This document shows positions 17,427 to 28,131 of a stretch of DNA of 64,000 bases, in pieces. A model generated the notes under the pieces. The model was given only the letters and a program-made list of their open reading frames with translations. It did no database searches and was not told where the DNA came from. The position numbers were made by a program, and so were the translations under genes. This stretch comes from Rhizophagus irregularis. Lineage: Eukaryota. Each line of letters begins with the position of its first letter. Position 1 is the first letter of the stretch. The stretch is from the NCBI RefSeq assembly GCF_026210795.1, contig NC_089434.1, positions 3,162,001 to 3,226,000 on the forward strand, written 5' to 3'.

Positions 17427-20345
17427 TCATGCAACACCAAACATCCAAAATGGAGGCATTCCTCTTTGTCTAGCTTCTTCACCTAAACCAACACATTTAT
17501 CGACACTTTTTCTTTTCAATATTATATCTTCTTCATTTGGTGAAATTGAAGAATTTTTATCAAATAAATTCATTTTACTACCAATATTTTTTAAAAAATG
17601 TTGAAAATAGTCATGTTCATCACCATGTTCGTGCCAAATCCCTCTTTTAGTATCACTTGCTCGATGAGCAGCCTGAGCTATGTGTATTAATGGTCTTAAC
17701 AAATCATTGTCCAATTTACTAGCATGTTTACCTAAATGATCCATCATTGCTCTACTTAATCTTTGACCATCTTTTGCAGTATATTGCCACAAATCTAATC
17801 CAATCCTAACATTTTGTATTATTCGAGTTAAGATCATCCAATATTGTAAATTTAAAGTAGTATATTTAAAAGTAGCACTTTCATGTTGTATAGGTAATAA
17901 TTTACCTCTCTCGATCAAATTATTTACAAATATAATTTCATAAGGTTGACTCATATGAGAAGACAATGAAGCATCATTTGCAATATAAAAATGTTTACCA
18001 ATTCTCATTCTCGTTCTACTAATAACTCTCAAATATAATCTTACATCATCAACAAATCCAGCTAACGTAGCTACTTGTATATCATATAAGGTACCTCTAT
18101 GATCTGGTTCCCTTGATCTTTCAATACTTTCAGGACTATTTATTAAACGTTCTAACCAAATTGATGAGAATTGTCTTAATTCAGTAAATTCCTTATGTGT
18201 AAGAGCTCTAACACGATAAAGTAATCTACAAGAATCCAAAAAAAAGCTTGGATCTGTTTCTAAAAGATCGGCCGGAAATTTTGTTCCTATTTTATTAAAT
18301 TTTGGCACTGTTCTAGGAATTTTATTAAGATGTGGAAAACTATAACCTTCATCATTTGTAGCTTCAAAATCTGTATTAGTGACTTGCAACTCATCTTGTT
18401 CCCCTACTCCGTAGGATGATAATATAAATGTTCGAATTAAATTTGCTGCCCAACGAGAGTAACGAACATTTCCAGAAAAATGATGTGCAAATGTTAATGT
18501 TGTTATATTCTCGAATAATTCTGACGTTGAAACATTTGGTAAAGGAACCGGTGTATTTGAAACGAACCGACCAAATTCATCTACTTCAACTCCAATATAT
18601 TTTTTAGGTTTCTCTCCACCTGATGATGAAGGAAATATGTTATTCGTATTTGTTTCATTTAAATTAGTAGTATCCGAGTTTTCTGTTGATTGTTGTTGTG
18701 ATTCATTTGTTATGACATGATTTTGTTCTTCATCTAACATTACATCTTGTTCAATTGAAGCAGAATCATTCGATTTTATCACTTCTTCTTGTTGCTGATA
18801 CACATCATCAACATTTGTTTCTTCGTTTTTTCTCTCATCTTCTAATAAAGCTGGAGAAGGATCAGTTTTTAGTTGCAAGAATTTTACTTGAGTACTTGCA
18901 TCGATAGGTAAACCATTAGCAGAAGAATACCAATTAGCAGCATACGAACTCATCGTATCTGCTCTATCTAACATAACATTAACAACCCTTGTTATTTTTT
19001 CATCACCCCTCCAATAATGTAATCTTGCTTGATTCAATGATTTTTCATCGTATAAGAATAAACGATTGGCATCAAAACCTTGTGTCGATCTTGCAATCTT
19101 TTCATCAATTCCATCCAAAAAATCTTGTATGGCTAATAATCTGTTAAAAGCTCTTAGAGCGCTAGCTTCTCTTTTATGTACTTCTTGTGATGCTTGACCT
19201 GAAAATAATCTAAACACCCAACCAATCATTTTATACTTATTTTTAGGAGGAGAAAAATATGGTGCATCATGTGATTCCCATGGTACCGGAGGTTTATTTA
19301 ATATTTTACGCGGCGATGGTACTCCTAATCTCCATAACATTTCTAATTTTGATCTACGACCATATCTCATATTTTCATTGTATTTTTCCTCGGAATCATG
19401 ACGAAATATTATTTGCGGTTCTTCTGGCGTTTGAGGCCTAGTATCAGTGCCAACTAATAATTGAGTATTGTTTAATAATCTAGCCATTGGTACAACAAAA
19501 TATTTATAATCTTTTCCCCATCTTTCAATTTGTGTCATTATTTCATTAAATGCGTTTGTAGTTAAAAAACAATTTCCATCAAATGGAAATATCCAACGTG
19601 CATTAGGTTGTAATTTACCATGTGCTAATGCTGCATTCCTTCCTCCATTATTATTCATTGCATATAAATTTTTGTCGTGATATGAATAATCTATAGTTCT
19701 TAATTTAGCCACCTTTGAAAAATTCATGTATTCATAAGAATGAAAAAAGTCATGTTCAGGAAAATCTTCAAGTCTAAAATCGTATTTTAAATATTCTTCA
19801 ACTAAAAAAGGTATTCTAACATATTCTTGGTTATATTGTTTTAATAAATCTATTAAAGCGTTTTCATATTCATTATCTATTATACGGTTTAATATCCACC
19901 ATTTTTTTGTGTTATGAAATTTTGGTTCATTTTCCAGGATAAATTTTACATTTTGTAGAACTTGACCAGCTTTATGTCTAGGAGGAAGATCATTACCAAG
20001 AATACGATAAAGGTGAATTTCTTCTGTTGAAATAATAGGTGAAGATATTACATTAGATGGAGATTTTGGAGAATTTGGAATTGGTGAAACCTTAATATTA
20101 TCTGAAGTTTGTTCGATTGGAGAAAACCAAACATAAATCATGAATACTATTAAAGTTACTAAAATGATAACAGATAATCCACGACGAATAAATCGTTCTC
20201 TGCGCATTATTGCGTTATGTATACCAAAAGTCCGATCAAATTGTGAACCTCTCGCTCGAGGTAATATATTAAAATCGTAATAATTATGATTAGGTCTCAT
20301 AAAATAATCTGATTTTTTATTACGATTTAATGTCGCTGACGGCAT
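17427..20345 (-). CDS. Type II membrane protein with a glycosyltransferase-like domain and a C-terminal alginate-lyase-like helical domain; intronless
   Basis: 972 aa. One TM near residues 57-75; LYRILGNDLPPRH, NNNGGRNAAL, WIFPFDGNCF, EEPQIIF, RYGRRSKLEMLWRLGVP; C-terminal DHRGTLYDIQ and YTTLNLQYW resemble lyase motifs. Confidence 0.6.
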   Translation of the reverse strand: MPSATLNRNKKSDYFMRPNHNYYDFNILPRARGSQFDRTFGIHNAIMRRERFIRRGLSVIILVTLIVFMIYVWFSPIEQTSDNIKVSPIPNSPKSPSNVISSPIISTEEIHLYRILGNDLPPRHKAGQVLQNVKFILENEPKFHNTKKWWILNRIIDNEYENALIDLLKQYNQEYVRIPFLVEEYLKYDFRLEDFPEHDFFHSYEYMNFSKVAKLRTIDYSYHDKNLYAMNNNGGRNAALAHGKLQPNARWIFPFDGNCFLTTNAFNEIMTQIERWGKDYKYFVVPMARLLNNTQLLVGTDTRPQTPEEPQIIFRHDSEEKYNENMRYGRRSKLEMLWRLGVPSPRKILNKPPVPWESHDAPYFSPPKNKYKMIGWVFRLFSGQASQEVHKREASALRAFNRLLAIQDFLDGIDEKIARSTQGFDANRLFLYDEKSLNQARLHYWRGDEKITRVVNVMLDRADTMSSYAANWYSSANGLPIDASTQVKFLQLKTDPSPALLEDERKNEETNVDDVYQQQEEVIKSNDSASIEQDVMLDEEQNHVITNESQQQSTENSDTTNLNETNTNNIFPSSSGGEKPKKYIGVEVDEFGRFVSNTPVPLPNVSTSELFENITTLTFAHHFSGNVRYSRWAANLIRTFILSSYGVGEQDELQVTNTDFEATNDEGYSFPHLNKIPRTVPKFNKIGTKFPADLLETDPSFFLDSCRLLYRVRALTHKEFTELRQFSSIWLERLINSPESIERSREPDHRGTLYDIQVATLAGFVDDVRLYLRVISRTRMRIGKHFYIANDASLSSHMSQPYEIIFVNNLIERGKLLPIQHESATFKYTTLNLQYWMILTRIIQNVRIGLDLWQYTAKDGQRLSRAMMDHLGKHASKLDNDLLRPLIHIAQAAHRASDTKRGIWHEHGDEHDYFQHFLKNIGSKMNLFDKNSSISPNEEDIILKRKSVDKCVGLGEEARQRGMPPFWMFGVA

Positions 20346-20895
20346 AATATGGAATTTGTGATTCGATTGTGTGGTATTATGTATATTTTATATTACGTGG
20401 TGTTAATCTATTTAAAAAGAGTCATTGACAAGCTGCGCACGTTTAAAGAAAATGTTAATAAAAACTATTTAACATAAAATCAAACCTTATTTAACTTTAA
20501 ATACCTTTTGACAAAAGATTAGAGAAAAAGTATTTTTTTTTTCTAGATTGTCAACATAGAATATTTATATACTCTTTTTATTATGTAGTTTATACAAGTT
20601 ATAAACTTGGCAGAAATTTTTTTTTTTTTTTTTAATAGAATGGACATATATATATAGGCGTGAATATATATAGAAATATTATAAATATTATATAAATAGA
20701 TATTTGTACGATTATTATGGAAAAATCATTTTATAAATCGTTAATTTAAGTAAATAACGGAGAAATTTATTGGTTTTACCGTATTAGGAATTTTTTATAT
20801 TATGATACAGCTTATCAGTCATATCCGACTAAAAAAAAAAATTCAATCGGCAATTTCTTCTCTTTCAATCTAGTTAAATAATTAATTAGGTAATA

Positions 20896-21807
20896 ATGTT
20901 TAAATTATTAACCAATAAAAGTGTTTTACGAACTTTTATCCCTCGGTTTTATAATAATAAAGGTATGTTTTATAAACTGCATAAAGTATTAGTATGCTGC
21001 AATATATGATAAATTTTTTTCACATAATTTACTTCATTAGAGCAATATTTTCGAGCAAAAAATGTTTCTCTTCGAATCTCGTCAACAATCCATCACCAAA
21101 TCTACAATAAAGTACCTTTCCCACCTTATTTACCTTGTCGTAATAAACCACAGTCTCCTTTCTTATTTTCATCTACCAATTTTACCCGATCAATATCGTC
21201 TTTTCCTCCCTCAAGAATGCATTCACCACCTCAGAGAACATTAAAACAACTTGTAGCATTTGGTGGAGCGACGTTAACATTTTTCATTATCAAGCCAACA
21301 CTTTTTTATATAATAAATGGAGCAATTGCCTTTGGTGCTTATAAATTTTTAAAAAGATTATTGGACTACTTATTTCCGGCTATTGACATTAATAGGAAAC
21401 AATTTTATAATTTCAACCCAACAACAAAATTAACAAAGATTCAAAGTAAATTATATACTAAATCTATTGAACAAATTAAAAAGGTAAATTTAAATTATAA
21501 TATAATTGGATTTACTGGTCCACATACAATTTCCACCGAATCTGTCGAATTTAATTCAACAGATTCTCAACAAAAGTATACCTTAATTAATATTGAATAT
21601 TGGGCAATTGATGAATTGAATAATAAGAAAGCTATCGTCAAAGTTGAAGGAATGTTACATAATCATGATGATTTTGAGATAAAAAATATTGAAATGTATT
21701 GGCCAAATACTGGACAAGTTATTAATGTTCCTACGGATTTGAAACAAGATAGTCAGGGTTATCGGAAACCTCCAATTATTGAAGCAGAATTTCGGGATAT
21801 TGATTAA
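20896..21807 (+). CDS. Probable mitochondrial membrane protein, 277 aa (exons 20896-20962, 21041-21807)
   Basis: GT-AG intron joins an R/K/S-rich presequence-like start (MFKLLTNKSVLRTFIPRF) in frame to the 196 aa ORF; hydrophobic segment followed by a beta-rich domain. Confidence 0.65.
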
Positions 21808-23388
21808 TTTTTAATAATAATAAATTGGTAGCAAATTGGTAGTGACACCACCACGTGTTTTATACTGAATTAGATCAAACCCGAAAACATAATATGCCAT
21901 TTAAAATTCGTTGACTTTTTTTGGTTAAAATAAATTTATATTTCCTCCCAAACTTGTTGCACGATATAATACTTATTAGATTTGACATCGCCCAAAATTT
22001 AACTCTTATCATATCACTTACACTTTTCTTTTAATTGGATCTATAAAGAAATAAGGCACAAGAATTACCCGATCTATTCAACACAATATTTCCGCAGTTT
22101 GGTTTCGAAGAATTAAGTCTACAGTTAATTTACTCAATTAAATAAAATTTATAGCAAATATCATATCCTTTGTTTATCTCCTCGTTCTTATATAAAAATA
22201 TTTTTAAATCATATTCGCCTGAGTTTCCTTCACATATGAAGTGGCCTACCATTTTATATTTAAATATTAGAAATTGCTATAATTCTCGTGACGAAAGTTA
22301 ACGAAATGATCTTTACCTTTAACTCTGGCAATCTGTAGTACCTCATGCAACTTAGTACCAGTAATGCAAGAGTACTTAATCTTGATAGAATTGTGGTATA
22401 TTGTATAATCTCGTTTAAATATCAAGAATTTTACATCTGACCTATCAAAATCGATGTATTTGCAACAGTAATACAATATATAATATTAATATAGGAATAT
22501 CGTGTTTTGAAACTTAAAAGATACCATTTGATCGATCTTTTTTTTTTTATTGAAATTATGACAAATGGATCTTTTTATTACTTTTCTCCGAATTTTAAAA
22601 AGGCCTGTTCATTTCGGTCGGTTGCAAATTTCGGTCATACAATATTAAAAAATTCTATTGTTGAAACACGTTCGACCTCAAAATTCTAAAATACTGATCT
22701 AAAGTTCGATCACGAAAACAAATGCAACAAAGATCTGGACAATCAAATTAATTCTACAATCGAAAGATTCAACTGACTTCTACGAGGTGTCAATCTGCAG
22801 TGGTTATAAATTATGAAAGCAATGGTCTAACTCTTAAATTAGCGCAGTGCTGTACAAAGTACTATATTTATATTATAATATACTGATAATTTTTTTGTTT
22901 TATTTCAATGAACGGGCTGAAAATAAATATCTAAATTTGGGTAGACTGTATGTCAGAAACTATTAACTTTAATATATAATACGCATGTATATACATATAA
23001 ATAGATATATCAATTTTATTATTTGATCAAACTTAAAGGTTTATTTGATGCATTTTGGGCAAAGGAGTGAAATTCATTCAACAATAATAATATATTAATT
23101 AACACAAGCAGATCCTGAAAAAACGATGATCAAATTTTTTACAGGTCAGCAACTTTATCAACCTAATCGGCTTATCCGCTTATCCACTATGATTGCAAAT
23201 ACGTGTAAAAAAGACCTTTGAATGACGAAAATTTTCGTAAAAGACCATTGTACCTTCTATTTTTGGCCAGGTCGTATGAGTGTCTTGCTAGGTTCTTCAA
23301 GACAGGATTAAATCAATAAATGATCGACAAATTTGTATGACTAATATTTTTTTTAATTTGAAACATGCATATTTTATTACTTTCGCAA

Positions 23389-25125
23389 CTACGATAAAAC
23401 TCTTTTATCTCTTATATTCCTTTTAATCCTTTCTGCTAATTGCCTATCTTTCTTTGTAACAAAATATGTTGCTTTACCGCGTTTTCCAGCTCTAGCGGTT
23501 CTACCAACCCTGTGAAGAAAATCCACAATAGTTGTAGGAAAATCAAATAGTATCACATGATTTACAAAAGTAGTATCAACTCCTCTGGAAGCAATATCAG
23601 TACATACAAGAATTTTAGCGTGAGATTCTTGATTTCTGAATGATTCTAATTTAGTTGTTCTATCATCTATATCTCCATATAATCCTATCGCTGGAAAATT
23701 TTTAGAATAAAGATATTTTTCTAAATGTTCAGCCGTTTTTTTTTTGTTACAAAATATCATTGTTGATGCAGATTCGGAATGTGCTTTTAAAGTTTGTATA
23801 GTGGCCTCATACTTGTTATAATTAAATATTTTTAAATCAATAAAATTGTGAGAGAGATTGGGTAAAGATTTATGTAAGGAATAGGAAGTTATACGTTTCA
23901 TAAAAGGTAACTCTTTACTTAATAATTCATTAACAGTTTTTGGTAATGTTGCCGTTACCACAATAATTTGATATGGTCGATTATTTTGTGTTACATTTGA
24001 AGCTTTAATTTGTTTAATAATTGAAGTAACATCTTTATCAAATCCTTTACAAAACATAGTATCAGCTTCATCTATAACCAAATAACGAGTTTCTGATAAT
24101 GATATATGTTTGTTTTTGATGTAATCCAACAATCCCGCTGGAGTTGCTACAACTAAATCTGTTGGCATTAAAAGCGTTTTACGCACAAATTGACGATTTT
24201 TGTGAGAAGTGATTGCTATTGGACGAAATTTTGCAAAATGACACATGTGTTTGGAAACAGAGAGAACTTGTTCAACTAATTCTCTTGAAGGCAAAAGAAC
24301 GATAGCTCTAGGTCTATTCAATAGTCTTACTGGAGATTTTAATGATGCCTGTGTCTTTGCTTCTTTTTCTAATTGATCTTCTAATACTACGGTTTTATTG
24401 TCAGTTGGTATAGGAGAAAATGACGGTACTTTCATCTCTTGAACTTTAATTTTATTAATGATCGGTAATAAGTAAGCTAAAGTCTTACCGCTACCTGTTT
24501 CAGCTGCGCACAAAATATGTTGTCCTTCAGACTTTAAAACTTCTGGTATGGTCAATGCTTGAATTTCTGTTGGTCGTAAAGGGTCAACTTCTTTTAATGG
24601 TCCTTGTTTAATTGCTTCTAAAACTTCTGGTCTTAGATCCATCGATTCGAAAGTTGCATACTCAAGGTGAAGAGAATCCAATTTTTTGGATTTTCCTTTG
24701 AGACTTAGCAGTTCTTGTGAAATTCTTTGTTTAATTGAAGAACCATCTTTCTGATGTAATTTTACGTCACTTTCGATTGGTAATAATTTAAATTTTGCTG
24801 GAATATAACCACGCGTTTTTTTTGTCACCGGAGTTGAAGTCTTTGAATATTTTTTATTTGTAGCCGTTTGTTGCTTTTGTCGTCGTATCATATTTTGATG
24901 ATGCGTTGACTTGAATTTATCTACACTAAAATTACCACTTGGAATTTCATTTCCATGAAATCTAGGTAAATTTTTTCTTATACGTTGTTTCCTTTTTTTT
25001 TGAGTTAAGCCTCCCGAATATAATGCATTGGTTGATATAAATGTACGTTTCGAACATAATGAATAAAAAAATATATTAGAACTTGATAGAAAATTTTTAA
25101 AAAAATGACTTTTTGAAAGAAACAT
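23389..25125 (-). CDS. Mitochondrial DEAD-box RNA helicase (Mrh4/DDX28-like), intronless
   Basis: Q motif, AETGSGKT, PSREL, DEAD, TAT, SRGVD, HRVGRTAR; basic presequence-like N-terminus. Confidence 0.88.
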   Translation of the reverse strand: MFLSKSHFFKNFLSSSNIFFYSLCSKRTFISTNALYSGGLTQKKRKQRIRKNLPRFHGNEIPSGNFSVDKFKSTHHQNMIRRQKQQTATNKKYSKTSTPVTKKTRGYIPAKFKLLPIESDVKLHQKDGSSIKQRISQELLSLKGKSKKLDSLHLEYATFESMDLRPEVLEAIKQGPLKEVDPLRPTEIQALTIPEVLKSEGQHILCAAETGSGKTLAYLLPIINKIKVQEMKVPSFSPIPTDNKTVVLEDQLEKEAKTQASLKSPVRLLNRPRAIVLLPSRELVEQVLSVSKHMCHFAKFRPIAITSHKNRQFVRKTLLMPTDLVVATPAGLLDYIKNKHISLSETRYLVIDEADTMFCKGFDKDVTSIIKQIKASNVTQNNRPYQIIVVTATLPKTVNELLSKELPFMKRITSYSLHKSLPNLSHNFIDLKIFNYNKYEATIQTLKAHSESASTMIFCNKKKTAEHLEKYLYSKNFPAIGLYGDIDDRTTKLESFRNQESHAKILVCTDIASRGVDTTFVNHVILFDFPTTIVDFLHRVGRTARAGKRGKATYFVTKKDRQLAERIKRNIRDKRVLS

Positions 25126-25285
25126 TTTTTTTTTATAAAAAAAAAATGATTGCTGCGTTAGTGACGACGTAATGTAACGTTTACAATTAAATCACGTGAG
25201 ATGAATTCTTGATTTTTCTCACAACTCCAAAAGAAAAATTTAACTCTTTTAGATCGCTTTGACTAAACTTTCAACAAGATAAAAA

Positions 25286-26780
25286 ATGCAGCATACACAG
25301 CCAGAAACGTCAAACCCACGAAAACGTCCGGCTTCTCAATCGCCACCGGATAGTCCGGCCCCAGCAAGAACGGGTAATCGAAGTGTACCAGCCTTTTTGA
25401 ATAAACTTTACAAGTAAGAAATTTGATACTATGTAATCTCCCAACTTTTGGCCTTTTTGGCACTTTTTGGGACTTTTTTTTGGGAGAGCTTTATCTTTTT
25501 TCTTTTACAGTCGTGTATATACCTTATCCTTGGACAACTTTTATATAACTTTTTAGTATGGTTAACGACCCTCAGTCAAATGATTTAATCATCTGGTCCG
25601 AGACTGGTAACTCTTTTCTTGGTAAGTTAAATAATTTAATAATTACTCGATAATTTAATCTATTAATTTTCTATTTTATAATATACAATTTTATTAATAA
25701 AGTTAAAAGACCTCAAGACTTTGCAAAAGAAGTTCTTCCTCGATTCTTTAAGCACAACAATTTTAGCAGTTTTGTGAGACAGTTAAATATGTATGGATTT
25801 CATAAAATACCACACCTTCAACAAGGAGTACTCCAATCTGACGGACAGTCTGAACAATGGGAATTCAGTAACACAAATTTCCTTCGTAATCAACCGGATC
25901 TTTTATATTATGTTACTCGCAAGAAAGGGAAAGATAATGAAAATATAAAAGAACCAAATGAAATGGATATAAATCACATATTAAATGAAATTGCTTCAAT
26001 TAAGAAACATCAGATGAATATAAGTGCAGATTTAAAGAATATTCAAAGGGATAATCAAATCTTATGGCAGGAGTCTATCTCAGCACGTGAGAGACATCGG
26101 CGTCAACAAGAAACTATAGATAAAATTTTACGATTTCTTGCTTCAGTGTTTTCTGCTGATAAAAAGAGAGCTATTGTACCAAAGAAGCGAAGATTACTAC
26201 TTGAAAATTCTGACTCACTGGAATCTTCGGAGCAAAAAACGATTTCTAACGATAGTCAAACAAACACCTTACCTGATAATGAAGCCGATTCTTCATCTTT
26301 GGTATTAGATATTAATAACCCAGGTAATAAATAATACCTTTAATTATTGGTAACTGTTTTTTGAATTTTAATAAAGTAATAAAATTATTTTTCCAAATTA
26401 TATAGCAGCTTTGTCCATATTGACTTCTTTAGCTGTTAATAATGATCAGTTTGACATTTCTAATACCCTACCATCCCTACCATCCCTACCGTCCCTACCA
26501 TCCCTACCATCCTTATCCTCATTAACTGAGGAAATTGGTGATAATACCGATTTCTTGGATTCTGAATTGCCTGAAATTGAAACTCGTATTGATGAAGTTG
26601 GATCCAACGTTGATTATTTGACTTCATTAACATCTCAAATGGGATTTGATCCAGATGAAGTGATCGATTTAGAGGATGATTCTATCGGGAATGATTTTTT
26701 GTCATATTATAATGCGAACTTTAGTCCTACGGAACAAGATCATCAACTGCTATTTGATCTCAATTTAGATGAAAATAATA

Positions 26781-26821
<41 letters not shown>

Positions 26822-26848
26822 CCCAGTAATCATAATCCAGTTGATTAA
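25286..26848 (+). CDS. HSF1: Heat shock transcription factor (HSF DNA-binding domain plus HR-A/B), multi-exon
   Basis: [54 protein letters not shown]; exact 3' end less certain. Confidence 0.88.
26466..26515 (+). repeat. Coding 9-bp tandem repeat (CCATCCCTA-like, LPS x5) in HSF; an (AAT)n poly-Asn run follows at about 26775-26821
   Basis: Directly visible repeats. Confidence 0.85.
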
Positions 26849-27441
26849 AATTAGAATTAAAATTATTTGTGAAGTAACTTCTTTATTTTACAATTTGATT
26901 GTTTATTATTTTTTTTTTATTATTATAGGTATTTCTGGCTTACTGTTGTTTTACAACTTTACATCATGGTATTATTTATTTGGGATTAATTACTATGATG
27001 GGATTATGGAGTTTTTTTTTTACACGGAGAATTTAATAGTAGTTACGAATAAAACATATTTTATGTTCTTCTCGCATCTTTGTATTATATCAAATATTTT
27101 ATATCAAATACTTTTATATATATATATTTTCGTCATCCTTTCAAAATATGTGATCATTCTTTTTTTATTATAGAAAAATAAATAAACCCTTTGCCAAATA
27201 TTTACTAGACAGTATATGAAGGCATAAAACTGACATTATTATTTTTAACATTCTTGTGACGTATAATACGTATAATATGGGTAGTAGTTTAATTGATGAT
27301 GTGATATCAACGTTAAAAATCTGATAAAAATCTTTTTTTTTCGGTTTATCCAAATTCTTCCCTGTTTATATTAAATACAAAAAAAAAAATAAGTGAAAGC
27401 TATTCTATAATACTGTAATTAATACTGGTATTTTACGAACA

Positions 27442-28131
27442 ATGAAACGATCAGATTTGAAGTTTTGTCCCACTTGGTATTATAATTCCATTTCAATTTA
27501 TAAAAAAAAAATTTCAATCTGATAATACTCATGTTTTATTAATTTAAAATTAGTCGTAACCTTTTAGACAAAATAGAAGATATTAGTGCTTCAAAATTTA
27601 TTTTGAACTGCCGCACTTGTGATTATATAGAAGAAGCCGAGAAAAAAGATTATAAAGTGGAAACTCGTGATTTTACGCGTCAAATAAGGTAGAATTTTTT
27701 TTTTTTTGGTAAAAATTTTAATATTTAAAAATTTCTCCTTTGATTTGTTTAGACATCATCACGATAGTCAATTTCTTCCAAGACTCTTTCAAGATCCATC
27801 TTTAAAAAGATGCATTAGTAATTGTAAAACGTGTAATAAAAAAACGCGTACTATCGAGTGGCATTCACATCGTAACGACTCAATGAGTGTGTAAGTTGCG
27901 TGTTAAATACATGGAACGCGTTCTATTTAACGCACTAATAGAATTAATGAAAATTTTAGGGAATATTGGTGTGAAGAATGCGAACAACAACAACCATCCC
28001 CTCATAAAGGTATAGCTATGTTATATGATAACGAGAAATCGGAAAATTCATACGCGCAACTTGAACAGGAAGGATATTGCACTGACGAAGAAAGAAATGA
28101 ATTGGAAGTTGTCGGACAAGAGGATTTTTAA
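27442..28131 (+). CDS. Divergent RNA polymerase subunit Rpb9-like double zinc-ribbon protein, 159 aa (exons 27442-27476, 27554-27688, 27753-27890, 27960-28131)
   Basis: Three GT-AG introns splice in frame to MKRSDLKFCPTCRNLL...LNCRTCDYIEEA...QDPSLKRCISNCKTC...MSVEYWCEEC plus an acidic tail. Confidence 0.8.

Noticed and set aside
21062..21244. Overlapping ORFs suggesting a frameshift
   Set aside because: Explained by an intron-containing gene read in the other frame
26769..27173. 134 aa poly-Ile ORF and other short antisense or AT-rich ORFs (e.g. 3526-3846, 32339-32859, 52396-52740)
   Set aside because: Alternative-frame or antisense readings of repeats and real genes
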